Assembly: GCA_013239625.1 (NCBI GenBank)
Contig: MU054187.1
Location: forward strand, 20,428,897 to 20,492,896
Direction of reading: 5' to 3'
Source of the DNA: Lama guanicoe
Lineage: Eukaryota
DNA: 64,000 nucleotides
Part shown: positions 1 through 12,480 of the stretch, piece by piece
Numbering within the stretch: the first letter of the stretch is position 1
How the letters are laid out: the number at the start of each line of letters is the position of its first letter
The notes under the pieces: model-generated
Seen by the model: the letters and a program-made list of their open reading frames with translations, nothing else
The model's database searches: none
What the model was told of the DNA's origin: nothing
Made by a program: the position numbers and the translations under genes

Positions 1-1070
1 TAGTCTTCAAAATATAAAAACAACGGTTAAAACTCGAGAATGAGAAGACAAACAACCCTATTATAAAATGGGCCAAACCTGTTGGTACCTCAGGAGAAAA
101 GCTATACAGATGAAAAGTAAGCAAATAAAAAGATACTCCACATCATTTATCATCAGGGAAATGCAAATTAGAACAATAACAAGATGCCATTACACACCTA
201 TTAGGGCCAGGATCCAGAACACTGATAACACCAAATGTTGGTGAGGATGTGGGCATGGGAACTCTCATTCATTCCTGGTGGGAATGCAGCAATGGTAGAG
301 ATACTTTGGAAGATGGTTTGGTGTTTTTTCATGAAAGTATATATATTCTTACCATGCGATCCAGCAGTTGCTCTCCTTGGTATTTACTCAAAGAAGCTGA
401 AAATTTAGGTCCACATAAAAACCTGCACAGAAGTGTTTATTCATGTAGCTTTAATTCGTATTTGCCAAAACTTGGAAGCAACCAAGACGTCCTTCAGTAG
501 GTGAACAGATGAATAAGCAGAGGTACCTACAGACAATAGAATAGAAATAGAACTTGATGCTGAAAAGAGGTAAGCTGATTAGCTATCAGGCTGTGAGAAA
601 ACATGGTGAAAACTTAAATGCACATCAGTGAGAAAAGGAGCCAATCTGCAAACGCCACACACTGTGAGATGCCAGCTCTACGGAGCTCTGGAAAAGGAAC
701 GATGGAGGTAGTGAATGAATAGTGGTTGCGGGGGGTTGTGGAGGGGTGGGGATAAAAGGGCAGAGGATTCTTAGGGAAGTCAGAATACTCTATATGATAC
801 CATAATGCTTGATGCATCTCATTAGACAGTTTTCCAAGTCCACAGAATGTACAACACCAAGAGTGAACTGTAATGTAAACGATGGACCTTGGGCGATCCA
901 GATGTGTCCGTGTAGATTCATCAGTTGTAACTAATATACCACTCTGGTGGGGTGTTGCTTATGGGGGAGGCAGCGCACGGGTCGGGGCAAGGAATATACG
1001 GGAAATCTCTAAGTTCCTGTCAATTTTGCTGGGAACCTAAAACTGCTCTAAAAAAAAGTCTTATTAAATA
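1..1070 (+). mobile_element. LINE-1 3' portion (ORF2 end and 3'UTR), L1MC1-like, cut by the window start
   Basis: Typical L1 3' motifs: catcagggaaatgcaaatt, caccaaatgttggtgaggatgtgg, aaaacttggaagcaaccaagacgtccttcagtaggtgaa. Ends with the L1MC-type terminus caattttgctgggaacctaaaactgctctaaaaaaaagtc. Confidence 0.85.
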
Positions 1071-1287
1071 GGCAGAGTCTTGTGTCTTAATAAATGTAAA
1101 CTCTTAGCTATACTATTTAAATATCTCCTAAGTGCACGTATAAAATGACAAAGCCTTTTATAAAAGATTTACATTTAGTCTTTTGAAATTTAATATTACA
1201 TTTACAGATTGGTGTTCACCAAGAATTACAAAAGCAGAAAATATTAAAACCCTTTTCAGAATATCTGAAATGAGTTCACATATCATT

Positions 1288-1448
1288 TTGTTTTGGGTTT
1301 TTTGGTTTTTGGCTAGTTTTTTTTTGGAGGGGGAGGTATTCAGGCTTATTTACTTATTTATGTTTTTAATGGAGGTACTGGGGATTGAACCCAGGACCTC
1401 ATGCATGCTACGCACGCACTGTACCACTGAGCTATATACCCTCCCCGC
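1288..1448 (-). mobile_element. tRNA-Ala-derived SINE (Vic-1 type, camelid)
   Basis: Minus strand reads GGGGAGGGTATATAGCTCAGTGGTACAGTGCGTGCGTAGCATGCATGAGGTCCTGGGTTCAATCCCCAGTACCTCC (A box, B box) followed by an A-rich tail. 9-bp TSD catatcatt at 1279-1287 and 1449-1457. Confidence 0.9.
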
Positions 1449-3680
1449 CATATCATTCTGTTTCAATTTTTTGAATTTCAATTTACATTAGAAATTCAAG
1501 AACTGAGTGCATTAAGATCATTTAATGCATTTTAATCACTACAGGATTAATCAGAATCAATAGGTGAGTAGTGATTGAGGCTTACTACTTATTGCAAGCT
1601 TTAAATAGTATGGTAGCAACAGATCTTTCCCTGAACTTTTAGATAATTAGATGAATCAGACTGACTGCTAGGAAGAATTCTATGTTCCATAATTTCTTAG
1701 TAAAATAATGTATTCAAAGTTCAGCGTAAATCAGTGCTTTACACAATAAATGTTGTATGGTGGATTTTAATATTTAAATGTTTGTATTCATTTTTAAGCT
1801 TGATCTCTCATGCCAAGACTTACCACTGACATCTTATATTCTCTGGTAATGTTTAAATGACATAGATTTTAATAATTTACATTGTAACTATTTCCAGATT
1901 CTTTTGTGTTGTGATGTCAGCTCCATTTCCTTTTCTTATTCAAAATAGTTTAATTGGCGTGGAATTACTGGAGATTTGGACTATTTTCTCCCAGAAAAGT
2001 CTCTGAATCTTTTATGAAAGTTATCTAATGTTGATCTTTCCTATTTCCTCAGTTTTTCTCCTCTCTGTCACCTACTGTGTTAGAATCGAGACAGTTCTTA
2101 GATGACTAGTTACTCAAGGTTAGCTTTGAATTAAAATAATAATCATCAATTCACGTGAATTAGCATCTCTCTACACAGAAATAACTCTTCCATTTATAGC
2201 AAGAAATATTCCATTTTCCTGCACAGCTTCCTCTAGCAAAATATTTTGCTGATTAAACTTAGTTTCACTGTTTAAATGGTACCATTATAAAATGTGTTTA
2301 GCAATGCATTATTCAAGAAAGTTAAGGTCTTTAATGGCAATATACAGGGGGGAACAATGACATTTGGATGTTAATTAATCTTCTTGGAAAAAGTTAAGTT
2401 TCATGCATTTTTGTTAAATCTAAAAATATTTTAAATTTCCCTAAGCATAACTGTGTTACCAAAATTCTGAAATAAAATCAAGATCACTATGGATAAAAAG
2501 TTTGCATATCTAGGATGCAATAAAATATTGTGAAAACATTTTAAGTGTCTAACTTTGTACCATTTTACTTTTATTCCTTTTCTACTTTGAAAAAAGTGTT
2601 AGAATTAAGTTAATACTGCTTTTTCTTACCTTATGTAAATTATTTTTATTCTTCTTTGTTTTATTAAAAAGTAATTAAAGGTCAATTAGTATAGTATAAT
2701 AAAATAAAATGCGAGTTTTATAAAAGAAATTCTAAATTTGGAAAGAAAACATTTTTAAAATTTTAACAGGTATTTTTATTATAACATTTCAGAAATTTGA
2801 CTAAAGTATTGAAGTATCATTTTGATATATTAAACATACTATGTGTGTTAACTCCAGAAGTAGACATCATGGTTACACAGCATATGATAAATAGAGACTG
2901 AAAATCAGAAATAATTCTTCCAATTTCTTTCTGCCAATAACGTCTTGAGGTGTATATAATGCTACCACAACTAGTGCTATGATAAGGGCACTGAAAGGTT
3001 GTCTGTGGGTGTATGTGTTGCACTGAAAACGTACAACCATGAGAAAACTGATTTCAGACAAAGCTTAAAGAAAAAATCATTTAAGACAAAGTTTGAAGGA
3101 TTAAAACAAAAATTCCAACTATATAAAGTAAAAATTAAATGCTTACCTTCATTAATATTTGCATTTTTCATATTAAGTAAAACAATTTAATTTTTCAAAA
3201 AATGTTTTATATGTCAATGATTATCTGTTGAATCATTTCCATTAACATCACACAGATTTTAAAACAGCATACATACTAAAACTAAAGTAATCCAAGAAGT
3301 CACATGATTACTATCCCCCATTTCTCATCTAGATAAAGTAAATCAAGAAAGACATAAAAATTAAAGATTCTAATTATAAGAAGCATGAGATAGATATTCT
3401 GAAATCAGAGACGTTTAATACTAATCTGCATAATGAATGGTGAGACCCTCATCCCATACACTTTTCCAACTTTGAAATGGCAACTGTGATGCATATATTA
3501 CAAGGCAGGAGATTGAACTTGTTTCTTTTCCTGTAGAAACTGAAGAAAAGAATTCTATTTTGGATTTCCTAGTGAAAAAGCTGACTGGTTATCTAATTGC
3601 TTTTTAGTAGCAGATCTGAATGAGCTATAGTCACCTTCATTTGCATCACACAAAACACTTCTGATCTTTTAGTCCATCAC

Positions 3681-3942
3681 TTATTTTATTTTATTTTATT
3701 TTTTGCTTCTTAAAAATTTCAGCTTTATTTTGCTATAAATTGACAAATAAAATTTTAAGGTATTTATAGACTCTATCATGGTCATTTATTACACCCATAC
3801 ATTGAAAAAGAATTGCTCTCCTCTAGTTAACCAACACATCCATCAATCCACATATTTATGCATGTATTCAATCATTCATTCATTCACTTAAGTTTCTTTT
3901 TGGTAATAACACTTACATTTTACTCTCAGCAAATTTCAATTA
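3681..3942 (-). mobile_element. LINE-1 3' terminus (L1MA9-like), antisense
   Basis: T-rich tail, then ataaattgacaaataaaatt...aacacatccatc...aacacttacattttactctcagcaaatttcaatta, matching the reverse complement of an L1MA-type 3' end. Confidence 0.75.
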
Positions 3943-4485
3943 ACAGTAAAGTTGCAGGATACAAAATCAGCAGACAAAAATCAGTTGTATTTCTATATAC
4001 TAGTAATGAACTATCAGAGAAATTAAGAAAGCAAACCCATTTACAATTGCATTAAATAAGAACAAAATATCAGAAATAAGTTTAGTCAAGGAGGTGAAAG
4101 ATCTATACACTGAAAACTGTAAGCCACTGATGAAAGAAACTGAAGAGGACACAAATAAATTGAAAGATATTCTGTGCATGGATGAGATGAAGTAATATTG
4201 TTAAAATAGCCATACTACCTAAAGCAATCTATATATTCAATGCAGTCTCTATCAAAATTCAAATGGATTTATTACAGAAATAGGAAAAACAATCCAAAAT
4301 CTTTATGGAACCACAAAAGAAAACAAATAGCCAAAGTGATCTTAAGAATGAAGAACAAAGCTGAGGACATCATACTGTCTGATTTCACACTATGTTAAAA
4401 AGCTATAGCAATCAAAACAGTATGGCACTTGCATAAAAACAGGCACACAGATCAATGGAACAGAACAGAAATACCAGAAACAAAC
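3943..4485 (+). mobile_element. LINE-1 ORF2 fragment (end of RT and downstream region), disrupted
   Basis: cagtaaagttgcaggatacaaaatc (SKVAGYKI), aaggaggtgaaagatctatacactgaaaact, gatcaatggaacagaa. Contains stops and frameshifts. Confidence 0.9.
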
Positions 4486-4499
4486 TAGTGTTATTACTC

Positions 4500-6120
4500 T
4501 TAAATAAGAATGGACAGCCAAAGGTTACCAGATATTCAAGGAAAACTTCCAAAACAGAGGCCAGAGACAGATGCAAATTAATAGGGATAAGGAGCCTAGA
4601 AAACAACAAAGAGGTAAGAAGACAAGTTAAGTAAGTTATAATTAATTTTTGGAGTGATGAAGTGTTGTATTTCATGGTACAAATACCAAATACTATTAAA
4701 AGTTAAGAATCAAAAATAGGAAATAGGTATTGGAAATTAAAATATTTTTGTCCTAATGTAGAAGTTCATAAAGAGTAAGATGAAGTTGAGGTATTCTCCT
4801 TAAAAAAAATAATAAAATGAAAAGAAATGAAAGCCAATAAAAAGAGAACATTAGGAAAAACTAGAAAATTCATATACTAGGTGCAAAATCTGACACGGGC
4901 ATTGTAGAAAGAAGGAAAAAAAAAGATCATAAAATTATTGGGACTGTTTTCTAGATCAGATATTTATGAATCTCCACATTGAAAATACCATCCATGTACT
5001 TTACACAAGGAATTTAAAAAGATAGTCCCAAGGCAAATAATTATCTGATTTTAGAATGTTTCACTAATGAATGCTGCACTGTTTAGAATAGTGCACAGTT
5101 TTTAGAAACAAATTAGTTACATTACTAGAATTGGAAAAAGAAGACAGTAGAATTCTCAATGTATCAGTGGAATCCAGAAGACAGTGGAGAAATGTACTCA
5201 TCATTCTGAATAAAAATTATCTTTGAATAAGATGTATATTGCTGGCAAGATTATCAGTGTAATGTTATCAAAAGTATATCTTCAGGTATAATGTTGCACT
5301 TACCTTCCACACAACCTCAGGAAATTCTTTGAGAGTGTGTTCCTCCAAATATGAATAACTAAATGAGACAGAGAGTCAGAGAGAGAGAAAGGGAGAAAGA
5401 GAAACTTATATAACAGGAAAAGGAAATTTCTAGAATTTTGACAGGTAGAACTCTTTAGAGAACAATAGAACAGCAGGTCAAAAGAGCAAAAAGTGTGAAA
5501 TGGAACAAGACATCAGAGGATTCAAGAAGGTGCTGTAAAAAACAAAAATATCTTTGTACTTTACTAGAATATCAATTCAAAAATATCTCATGGAGTTTGT
5601 TATTGATTATCAAGAGGAACATATAAAATAAAAGAAACAAAAGGAAAATAAAGAAGGGCTAACAGTAAACAGCTAACAGTAGAAATAAAAGTTCAAGAAA
5701 GAAAATACAACCATATAAAACTATTTGGATCTGTATTAAATTATAGTCATGTATTTACAATTATCAAAATACTAAATATGAATTTAACCAGAATTGAATG
5801 GGGAAACTGAATAAAGGACAAGTGTGGGTTTTCAAGTAATCTCCAATAAAGGAGATCACTAAAAAGTTTAAAAGCAAAGAACTGGGAGATACAAAAATAT
5901 CATTGTTTTCAATGTATGTCACTAAATCTCAAAGCACACACACACACAGGCACCTGTCTCACTATGGAGAGTGGTTTACTCTGGGGAAGGAGGAGGCTTG
6001 GAGAGAGGATGAAAGGGCAACTTCTATTGCTATGGTTGTTATTGGGTGACTTAATGCTTTTAGCACTTTAAAGCAGTTTGAACAGCCTGCCTGTCATAAT
6101 TTAACAAAAATAAAAATTAA
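4500..6120 (+). mobile_element. HAL1-like (half-L1) ancient element, highly decayed
   Basis: ORF1-C-terminus-like agaagacagtggagaaatgtactcatcattctga, then caggaaattctttgagagtgtgttcctccaaa and cagcaggtcaaaagagcaa...tggaacaag, as in my recall of HAL1. A-rich end near 6120. Confidence 0.6.
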
Positions 6121-6999
6121 TACTAATGAAATTTAAAGAATTGATTTCATGTTTTCAAAAAATAGTAAATGCACCAATTTAAACAAATTATGTAATGTAA
6201 TATATACGCTGCCCGGAAATCGCAGCAGTGAGTTTAACTTTTTCTATTAATTTGCAAGATGCCCTCAACTCTTGATCTTTCATTAATTATCTTCAGCAAA
6301 TTATTGTTCCATTCTGATATTCCTAAGGCACTACTCTGCTTCAAGGACTCCCCTCCCCACTACTAGTTGGTAAATTCTCTTAGAATGTAAATTGATTTTA
6401 ATATTAATCTTACCAGAATATAATTAGGGAGTTGACCCTGGAGGACTGTCATCAACCTTTTGCATAAAAACCTATAATTTTATGGGTGTTCTATATTCCA
6501 TAAAAAGGATTTTTAAAAACATGTCATTTTACTCATTTTATCTCGACTGGAGTTATTTTTAATGATTTATTGGATGTTTAATAGCATAATTAATATTATA
6601 TGATACTCATCTCTGGCAAGGCCCCAAATAATTTTTATTAAAATGCTTAAAAATATTGCAGTAAAAACAAAACTAGCCCAAAGAATAAATACATTGTAAA
6701 ATGCAATTTTAAAAATGGATTATTTATCTTCAAGTAATCTATAAGAAAATTATACTGTGCTAAAAACATTTTTCCCAAAAGGCATGAAGTGACTGGTAAA
6801 TCTGAGTAATGAGAGGCTTTTGATGGGCAAGTTCACAGAATAATGTTCCACAGTCATAGGCAGAAGCGCTCACTGCCTGGCTCATTCTGGGTGCTGAACT
6901 GGTACATGTGGCTGCCACCTTAATGATCCAGTATAGCATCAAGGTACCACTTTTCACAATCTTATATATGTACATAGAGATGTCATATGGAATTATATT

Positions 7000-7360
7000 T
7001 GAAGACAATTGTCCAATGAAGACAAATTCAGAGTTAAATAAATGGAGACTTCATTCCAAAAGAATATATTACCATAGAATGTTCCAGTCTCAGAAATCTG
7101 CAAGCATCACAGAATCAAACAGAAGAAAAAGAGAAGTTCTTAGTTTTTACTTTATAAGAAAGGGGTAAGAAGTACTTTGCAGAAATTTTAAGGGAAAGTT
7201 GGGTAATCAAAAGGGAGCATCATCATGGTTTCACAGAAGTTTGCCCCCTGCTGTTAGAACATCCTCAGGATAACCTGACAAGGGCATGTCACCCATTTTA
7301 GTGCTTGCTCAGGCTTGGGTGCAAGCTAAAGCCTAGGGGTCTGCAGAGAGAAGGATCAAC
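7000..7360. mobile_element. Possible old LTR fragment, family not assigned
   Basis: Wording resembles ERV1-class LTRs (ccagtctcagaaatctgcaagcatc...tttataag). No termini or TSD found. Confidence 0.3.
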
Positions 7361-7549
7361 TTAAAAAAGAAAAAAAAAAACAATGAAAAAGAAAAATATT
7401 TGAGTAAATATTTTTAAATGTATTCTTTTTATTGTTTATATATGTAAAAGACAATTAACTGTTTAAAGGAAAAATAGTAACAATGAATTTTTCCTTTTTC
7501 TTTCTTTGCTCCTGTTTTGAATTTCACATGAGTTGAGTTTTACTTGATG

Positions 7550-7845
7550 AATGGTTCTCTGTTACCTTAAGGACCAAATCCAAACCCCTTAGCTTGGCAT
7601 CCTAGACCCCTTTAAATCTCTCTTGTGATTACTTCTCTACCCTCCCCATTTGGCAGTTTCCCCTCACACCTGTGCTCCAGGCACACTGAAAAACTTGCTG
7701 TGCCCTGGCAATGCTGTGTTTCCTCATGCCCGGTGCCCCTGCACGCTCTGCCTAGTGAGTGTGTCCGTTCGCTTCCCTGCTTGGCCATTTCTACTGATCT
7801 CTCAAAGCTCAGTGCAAATATTAACTAGGGATATCTCCCACTTGA
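7550..7845 (+). mobile_element. L2 LINE 3' fragment
   Basis: aaatccaaaccccttagcttggc...tgctccaggcacactg...ctcagtgcaaatatt, similar to the L2a 3' region. Confidence 0.7.
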
Positions 7846-7853
7846 CTGTAGCT

Positions 7854-7930
7854 TAGATAAGATAGATACAGATACAGACATAGATACAGATACAGATGTA
7901 GATACAGCGATAGACATAGACATAGATATG
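7854..7930. repeat. Imperfect hexamer microsatellite (AGATAC/AGACAT)n
   Basis: agatacagatacagacatagatacagatacagatgtagatacag...agacatagacatagatat. Confidence 0.9.
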
Positions 7931-8663
7931 GATTAACTACACTCAATTCAAATTTCCTCAAGACTTTTGAACCTGCCTTAAAAGCCAACCTCACTAATTT
8001 GTTCAGTCCTTGTAAAATCAAACAAACAAAATAAATGTGGTTCTGTTAAGTTTAATAAGGCTTAACATTAAAATTGAATGTTGCAAACAGTAAAGGCCAG
8101 CAAGAAATTTAGAATCTTCACCCATCTTCTTATTTATCTCTGGGGGTTCCATGGTTGGTTAAGAGTGAGACTGGGTCTACTATCCAGATCCGCTACAAGA
8201 TAATCCTCATGTTCCTTCATTCCGTCTCAAGGGTTTCACATATTTCTGCATACATCAGAGTTTACAAGGCCAGGTATAAAGTATTTTGTAAATGATTTAA
8301 GAGATTCTGTTTTTAATGGTGATTTTTGACTTGACACTCTTTCAACCTAAGTACTGACTCTAGAACGCACTCCTTAATTAAAACGTAACTCAGTTATCTT
8401 ATATACCCACATACTCCATTAGTGTCCTGCGCTTTTTAAACATTTTCCAAATTGAATCAAATGGTTATGTTACACTATATGATAACTTCATTATTTCTAT
8501 CATAGCTTGTTCTTTTGCCCTAAGTGCACCAAAGAAGATATATAAGAAGGATCACAAGAACAAATATCCTTTGCATTTGAGGGAAAGTATATACATAAAG
8601 TTACCAAAGAGATATTTTACTCAAGATTAAGATATATGGATCGGAATTTAAAATAGGCAATGA

Positions 8664-9090
8664 AGAGAGAGAAGCAAGATGGCGGAGCAGAAGGACGCAT
8701 GTAGCTCACCCTCTCCCACAAATACACCAAAACTCACATCTACGGACCCACTCGGCCAACCAGAGCACCTGCCGAACTCCGACAGAACATCGCCCTCCTC
8801 AAAAGACAAGGACGCCAAAAATATGGTAGGAGAAAAGGGAAAAAGAAAGAAGAAAAGGCAAAACAGTGCAGGACCAATCCTGCGGGGAAGGAGCGGCAGA
8901 GGAGGACTGGCGCTCGCTCACTGGGTCTCCCCTCTTCAACGGAGAGGCCAGCGGGACGGAGGGGGAGCCTCCGAGGCTCAGATCTGCCCCGAGCACCCCT
9001 TGACCGACAGAACTGAGTTACACGGGCACAAAGGGTCCCCACGACACCCAGCCCGAGACGCGAGCTGGCAGCTGGGGGCCAGGACAGGAC
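8664..9090 (+). mobile_element. Isolated 5'UTR (internal promoter) of a young LINE-1
   Basis: Starts gagagagaagCAAGATGGCGGagcagaaggacg (YY1 motif at 8675-8685, the canonical L1 5' end), just downstream of a TTT/AAAA endonuclease-type site at 8647-8653. About 23 CpGs in ~390 bp. No ORF1 follows. Confidence 0.8.
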
Positions 9091-9819
9091 ACAGATTCAA
9101 ACACAGATTGGAGAATATTCTTTAAAATAGAACCATTACAACAAAATTGTACTATTTATCTTCAGAATTTTAACAAGGTTGCATTTGCAAGTGGGGCAAG
9201 CAGAAGCAATATCTTGGTAAAAATAAATGGGGGAGAACATTTTAAAATTAACACAATAAACAAATGTGAAGACTAACTCAAGGGCAGTTGCATGAATGAT
9301 GAGAGAGACAGTTTGCCATCATCCCCCACCCCCACTGGAAATAGATCTAAAATTACACAGATGGCTTTTTTCTTTTAGGAAGCCTAGTTGTCTTTCGCAT
9401 TATATTTGATACATTTTGGAATGAATCAAATATGATTTTCCTCCATATGTCAGGCAGATCAAGCCCGTGTATAAACACTGGTCACACCCATTTCAATCTG
9501 GTTCCACCAAGTGTAATTCCCCAGAGATAAATAAATCTCCCATAAGTGCATCAGATGACTGTAATGATATATTTTAGTTATAATTTCCTTGGAAAGTAAT
9601 ATGATATCTTCTGTCGTATTGCTTCTTATGAGCTAGGAAAACAAAGCGCCAGCAATTTGAAGGATGCTTATTTGATTCACTGACATTAGCTAGAAATAAA
9701 CTGTATCCTTTACTGAGTCCCACATGAATACCAATAAATACTTGTATTCTTTAATAGCCTTTGGATGTAAGGGAAGAAAATAAAGTAGACGAGATTTTTA
9801 TCTTTAGAAAAGATTTTCA

Positions 9820-10000
9820 TCTAAATGTTTGAGGGACAATTAGAGGTCATTTAGTTCAACCTGGTAGCCTGTTCAGTTCTCCGCACTGCAACCCCGGTGA
9901 GCAGCATGAATATGCTTGAACACCTCTAAAAGTTGAGAAATCACGTCTTTGCGTGCTGGGAATTTCTTCTTATGGGGGGTTTATTTGACCCATTGCAAGC
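9820..10000 (-). mobile_element. L3/CR1 fragment
   Basis: gagggacaattagaggtcatttagttcaacc and tgcttgaacacctct resemble the antisense CR1/L3 3' end. Confidence 0.45.
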
Positions 10001-11169
10001 TAGGAGGTGTTTTATTTCATGAATTAGTTCAATATGCAGGGCAAAAACTGGTACCCACCGTTTGCTCACACTCTTCCTTTTCCATTTTTCCTTATTCTCA
10101 CCCAGTGAAAGAAATCCTTTTCAACTCTCCTGTTTTTCTCCTGTTAGTAAGTTCGGATTCACGTGCATGAGCACACAGCATGGCAGCAGTGAAAAAGGCC
10201 TGGGGCGGTCAGGTGGCAATGATTCCTTGCACTGCAATTTGATCTCTTTCTCCAAGATAAGGAGGAAGTCCCTTTGCTTCAGCATCGAGCATCCTTTAGG
10301 AGACTGATACTCTGATGCAAAATGACATGAAACCAATGGTGTGTTCTCAGAGCAGAAACCACAAAGTGCATTTTTGCTCCTTTAGCACCAAGCGGGACAT
10401 AATATGGGCACAACTGAGAGCTAGTATTAAAGTTAAGAAAATGGATTTCAAAATGCATTCGTGAGTAATTGTTGAAAGAAAGGAAATAAGAGTTCTTAGA
10501 CTGAATTCTTAGACTGCCTACAGTGCCTTTCTTCTGTCTGTGTATTTAAATACCTTAGCTTATTATATTTCCTACCTTCCATTTCTACTCTTTTTCAAAT
10601 GTTTGAAAGCATTATTATGCCATCTTCTATAGACGAGAAACCGAGATCTCTCTCTCTCTCTGTGTCTTTCCCTTCTTTGCTTCTTCCTGACACCAGTTGC
10701 TGAGTGTGTTGTCAGCCTAAAGGCTGAAGACATATTTTAAAGCTCCCTTTGCCTGGGGCTGGATGACCTGACTCCTGGCAGAGTCGTGGATCTGGTAGAC
10801 ATTTTCTCCTAGGTGTGTAGGCACTCAGGCACCCTCTTGACCCCTGTGGTGGGAAGCCTAAGATCGGGTGAAGACACTCCATCTTTGATTCTCTTGACAA
10901 GGCTTCTCAGCTGGAAGAAGAGTGGTCTCATTCTCAAGAGAGAATTCTTTTCATACTCATTTCTAGAGAAATAGTCTTTCTTCATATAAGAAGAGGCCTA
11001 CATTTGACGTCTGCTGGAGAACTCTGAAGACAGAAGTGTGGTCTTGCTTTCAGAGGAAGGGCTTTCCCTAGATTCATGAGGAGATGTTTGTTTATATAGT
11101 TCCTCCAGCTTCTCCTTCTACCCAGGACTGCCTCTGCCTTGGGAGATGATTGTTACTACTAAGTATTTA

Positions 11170-11712
11170 GAACGTGCCACCAGGGCCTGTGTCCGCAGGG
11201 TGAGTTCCAGTTGCTTGCTGCCGCTCTGGAAGGCTCTCCAAGATTAGCTGATGGCTCTGACTCAGGATCCTTTTAAATCACTACATCTGCCCTGGGTCTT
11301 GGAGCACATGAGCTTTTGTGTGTGTCCTTTAGTAAGAGAGGCATCTCTCTCTCTTACAGCCTTCTGGCTCTCCCAAAAGTAAGCCCTGATGGCTTACAAA
11401 ACAAAGACTTTTGAGGGCTCATATTCCTGGTGTGCGACCCCTGGGCTGAGGGTCTCAGTGTGGGGGCTGGACCCCTACTCCCTGGGGAGACCCTCTGCAA
11501 TTGTAATCATCCTCCCATTTGTGAGTCTCCCGCCCAGGGTTGTGACTCTTGACTATACCCTGTCTCTGCGCCTCCTGCTTGCCTTGTAGTGTTTTCTTCT
11601 TTGTATCTTTAGTTGTGGAATATCTTTTCTATTTCCTCATGTATTTCTAATCAATCGTGTCTCTGTGGGAGGATGTCAGTTCAGAGTCTTTCTGTTTCAC
11701 CATCTTAGGCTG
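11170..11712 (-). mobile_element. 5'UTR fragment of an older (laurasiatherian-age) LINE-1, antisense
   Basis: gggtgagttccagttgc...ggctctccaagattagc...ggggagaccctctgcaattgtaatcatcctcccatttgtgagtc...tttgtatctttagttgtggaa. Ends at caccatctt (reverse complement AAGATGGTG, 11698-11706). Confidence 0.75.
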
Positions 11713-12480
11713 GACCTCTATGAAATTTGACTTATGTTTTCCATGTTCCTGCTACTAGAACTTGACAGGTGGCATCACCAATATTCCTTTCATTTGTCAG
11801 GTAAATGTGCCTCCTCTAAAACTCCGATCCACCCTGTAATATACCCAGAAAGGTAAACTCAGTCATAAGAAGTCTAATTTGGGGACTAAGGTCAAGTCTC
11901 TCTCTTCTATTTGGCTCTAATATCAATGAAAATACACTTTTGATTTGTATCCTTCTTTTATCCAAACATTTCGCATTTGATTGGAAAATGTGGTATAAGA
12001 GAAACATGCTTTTTGGAGTTCAAAAGTGTGCCCTATTCATTAGAGTTCAAAAATATAATATACTTTGTCCAGAATATATATTCTTACAGCAACATACAAA
12101 GTTATAGATTGGTTGTAGAAGATGCTTGGGTTTCTTGATTCTTTGTTTCATGTGTACAGCAGGTTTCACAGCAGACATCATAAAAAATAAAAAACTCCAA
12201 ATGGTTTAAAGGATCAGATGGAGTAAGTTACAAAGGAAAAAGGAAGGGAGGATTAATTCTTTTTTGTAATTATGTAAAGGCACTGGTCCTAACATAACGG
12301 TAACATTTAAAAATATTTTTGTAAAATTTACATACAGTAAAATGTATTCATTCTATGCACTCTATTAAATAAGATTCAGAAAATGTACTCATCTACATAT
12401 CACCTGTGCTGATATAGAGAGTATTTTGTTTCCCTCTACCCTTCCAAGTCAATCCTTGTGACAAGGGAACTATTGAACTT

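Noticed and set aside
2235..2250. Perfect 16-bp palindrome agcaaaatattttgct
   Set aside because: Roughly 1-2 such palindromes are expected by chance in 64 kb of AT-rich DNA (64000 x ~0.27^8).
8679..9125. 148-aa ORF (MAEQKDAC...) and overlapping antisense ORFs as a novel gene or ORF0 analogue
   Set aside because: The ATG is part of the L1 YY1 motif and GC-rich UTR sequence is naturally stop-poor. The 100-aa antisense ORF starts at GTG. No recognisable domain.
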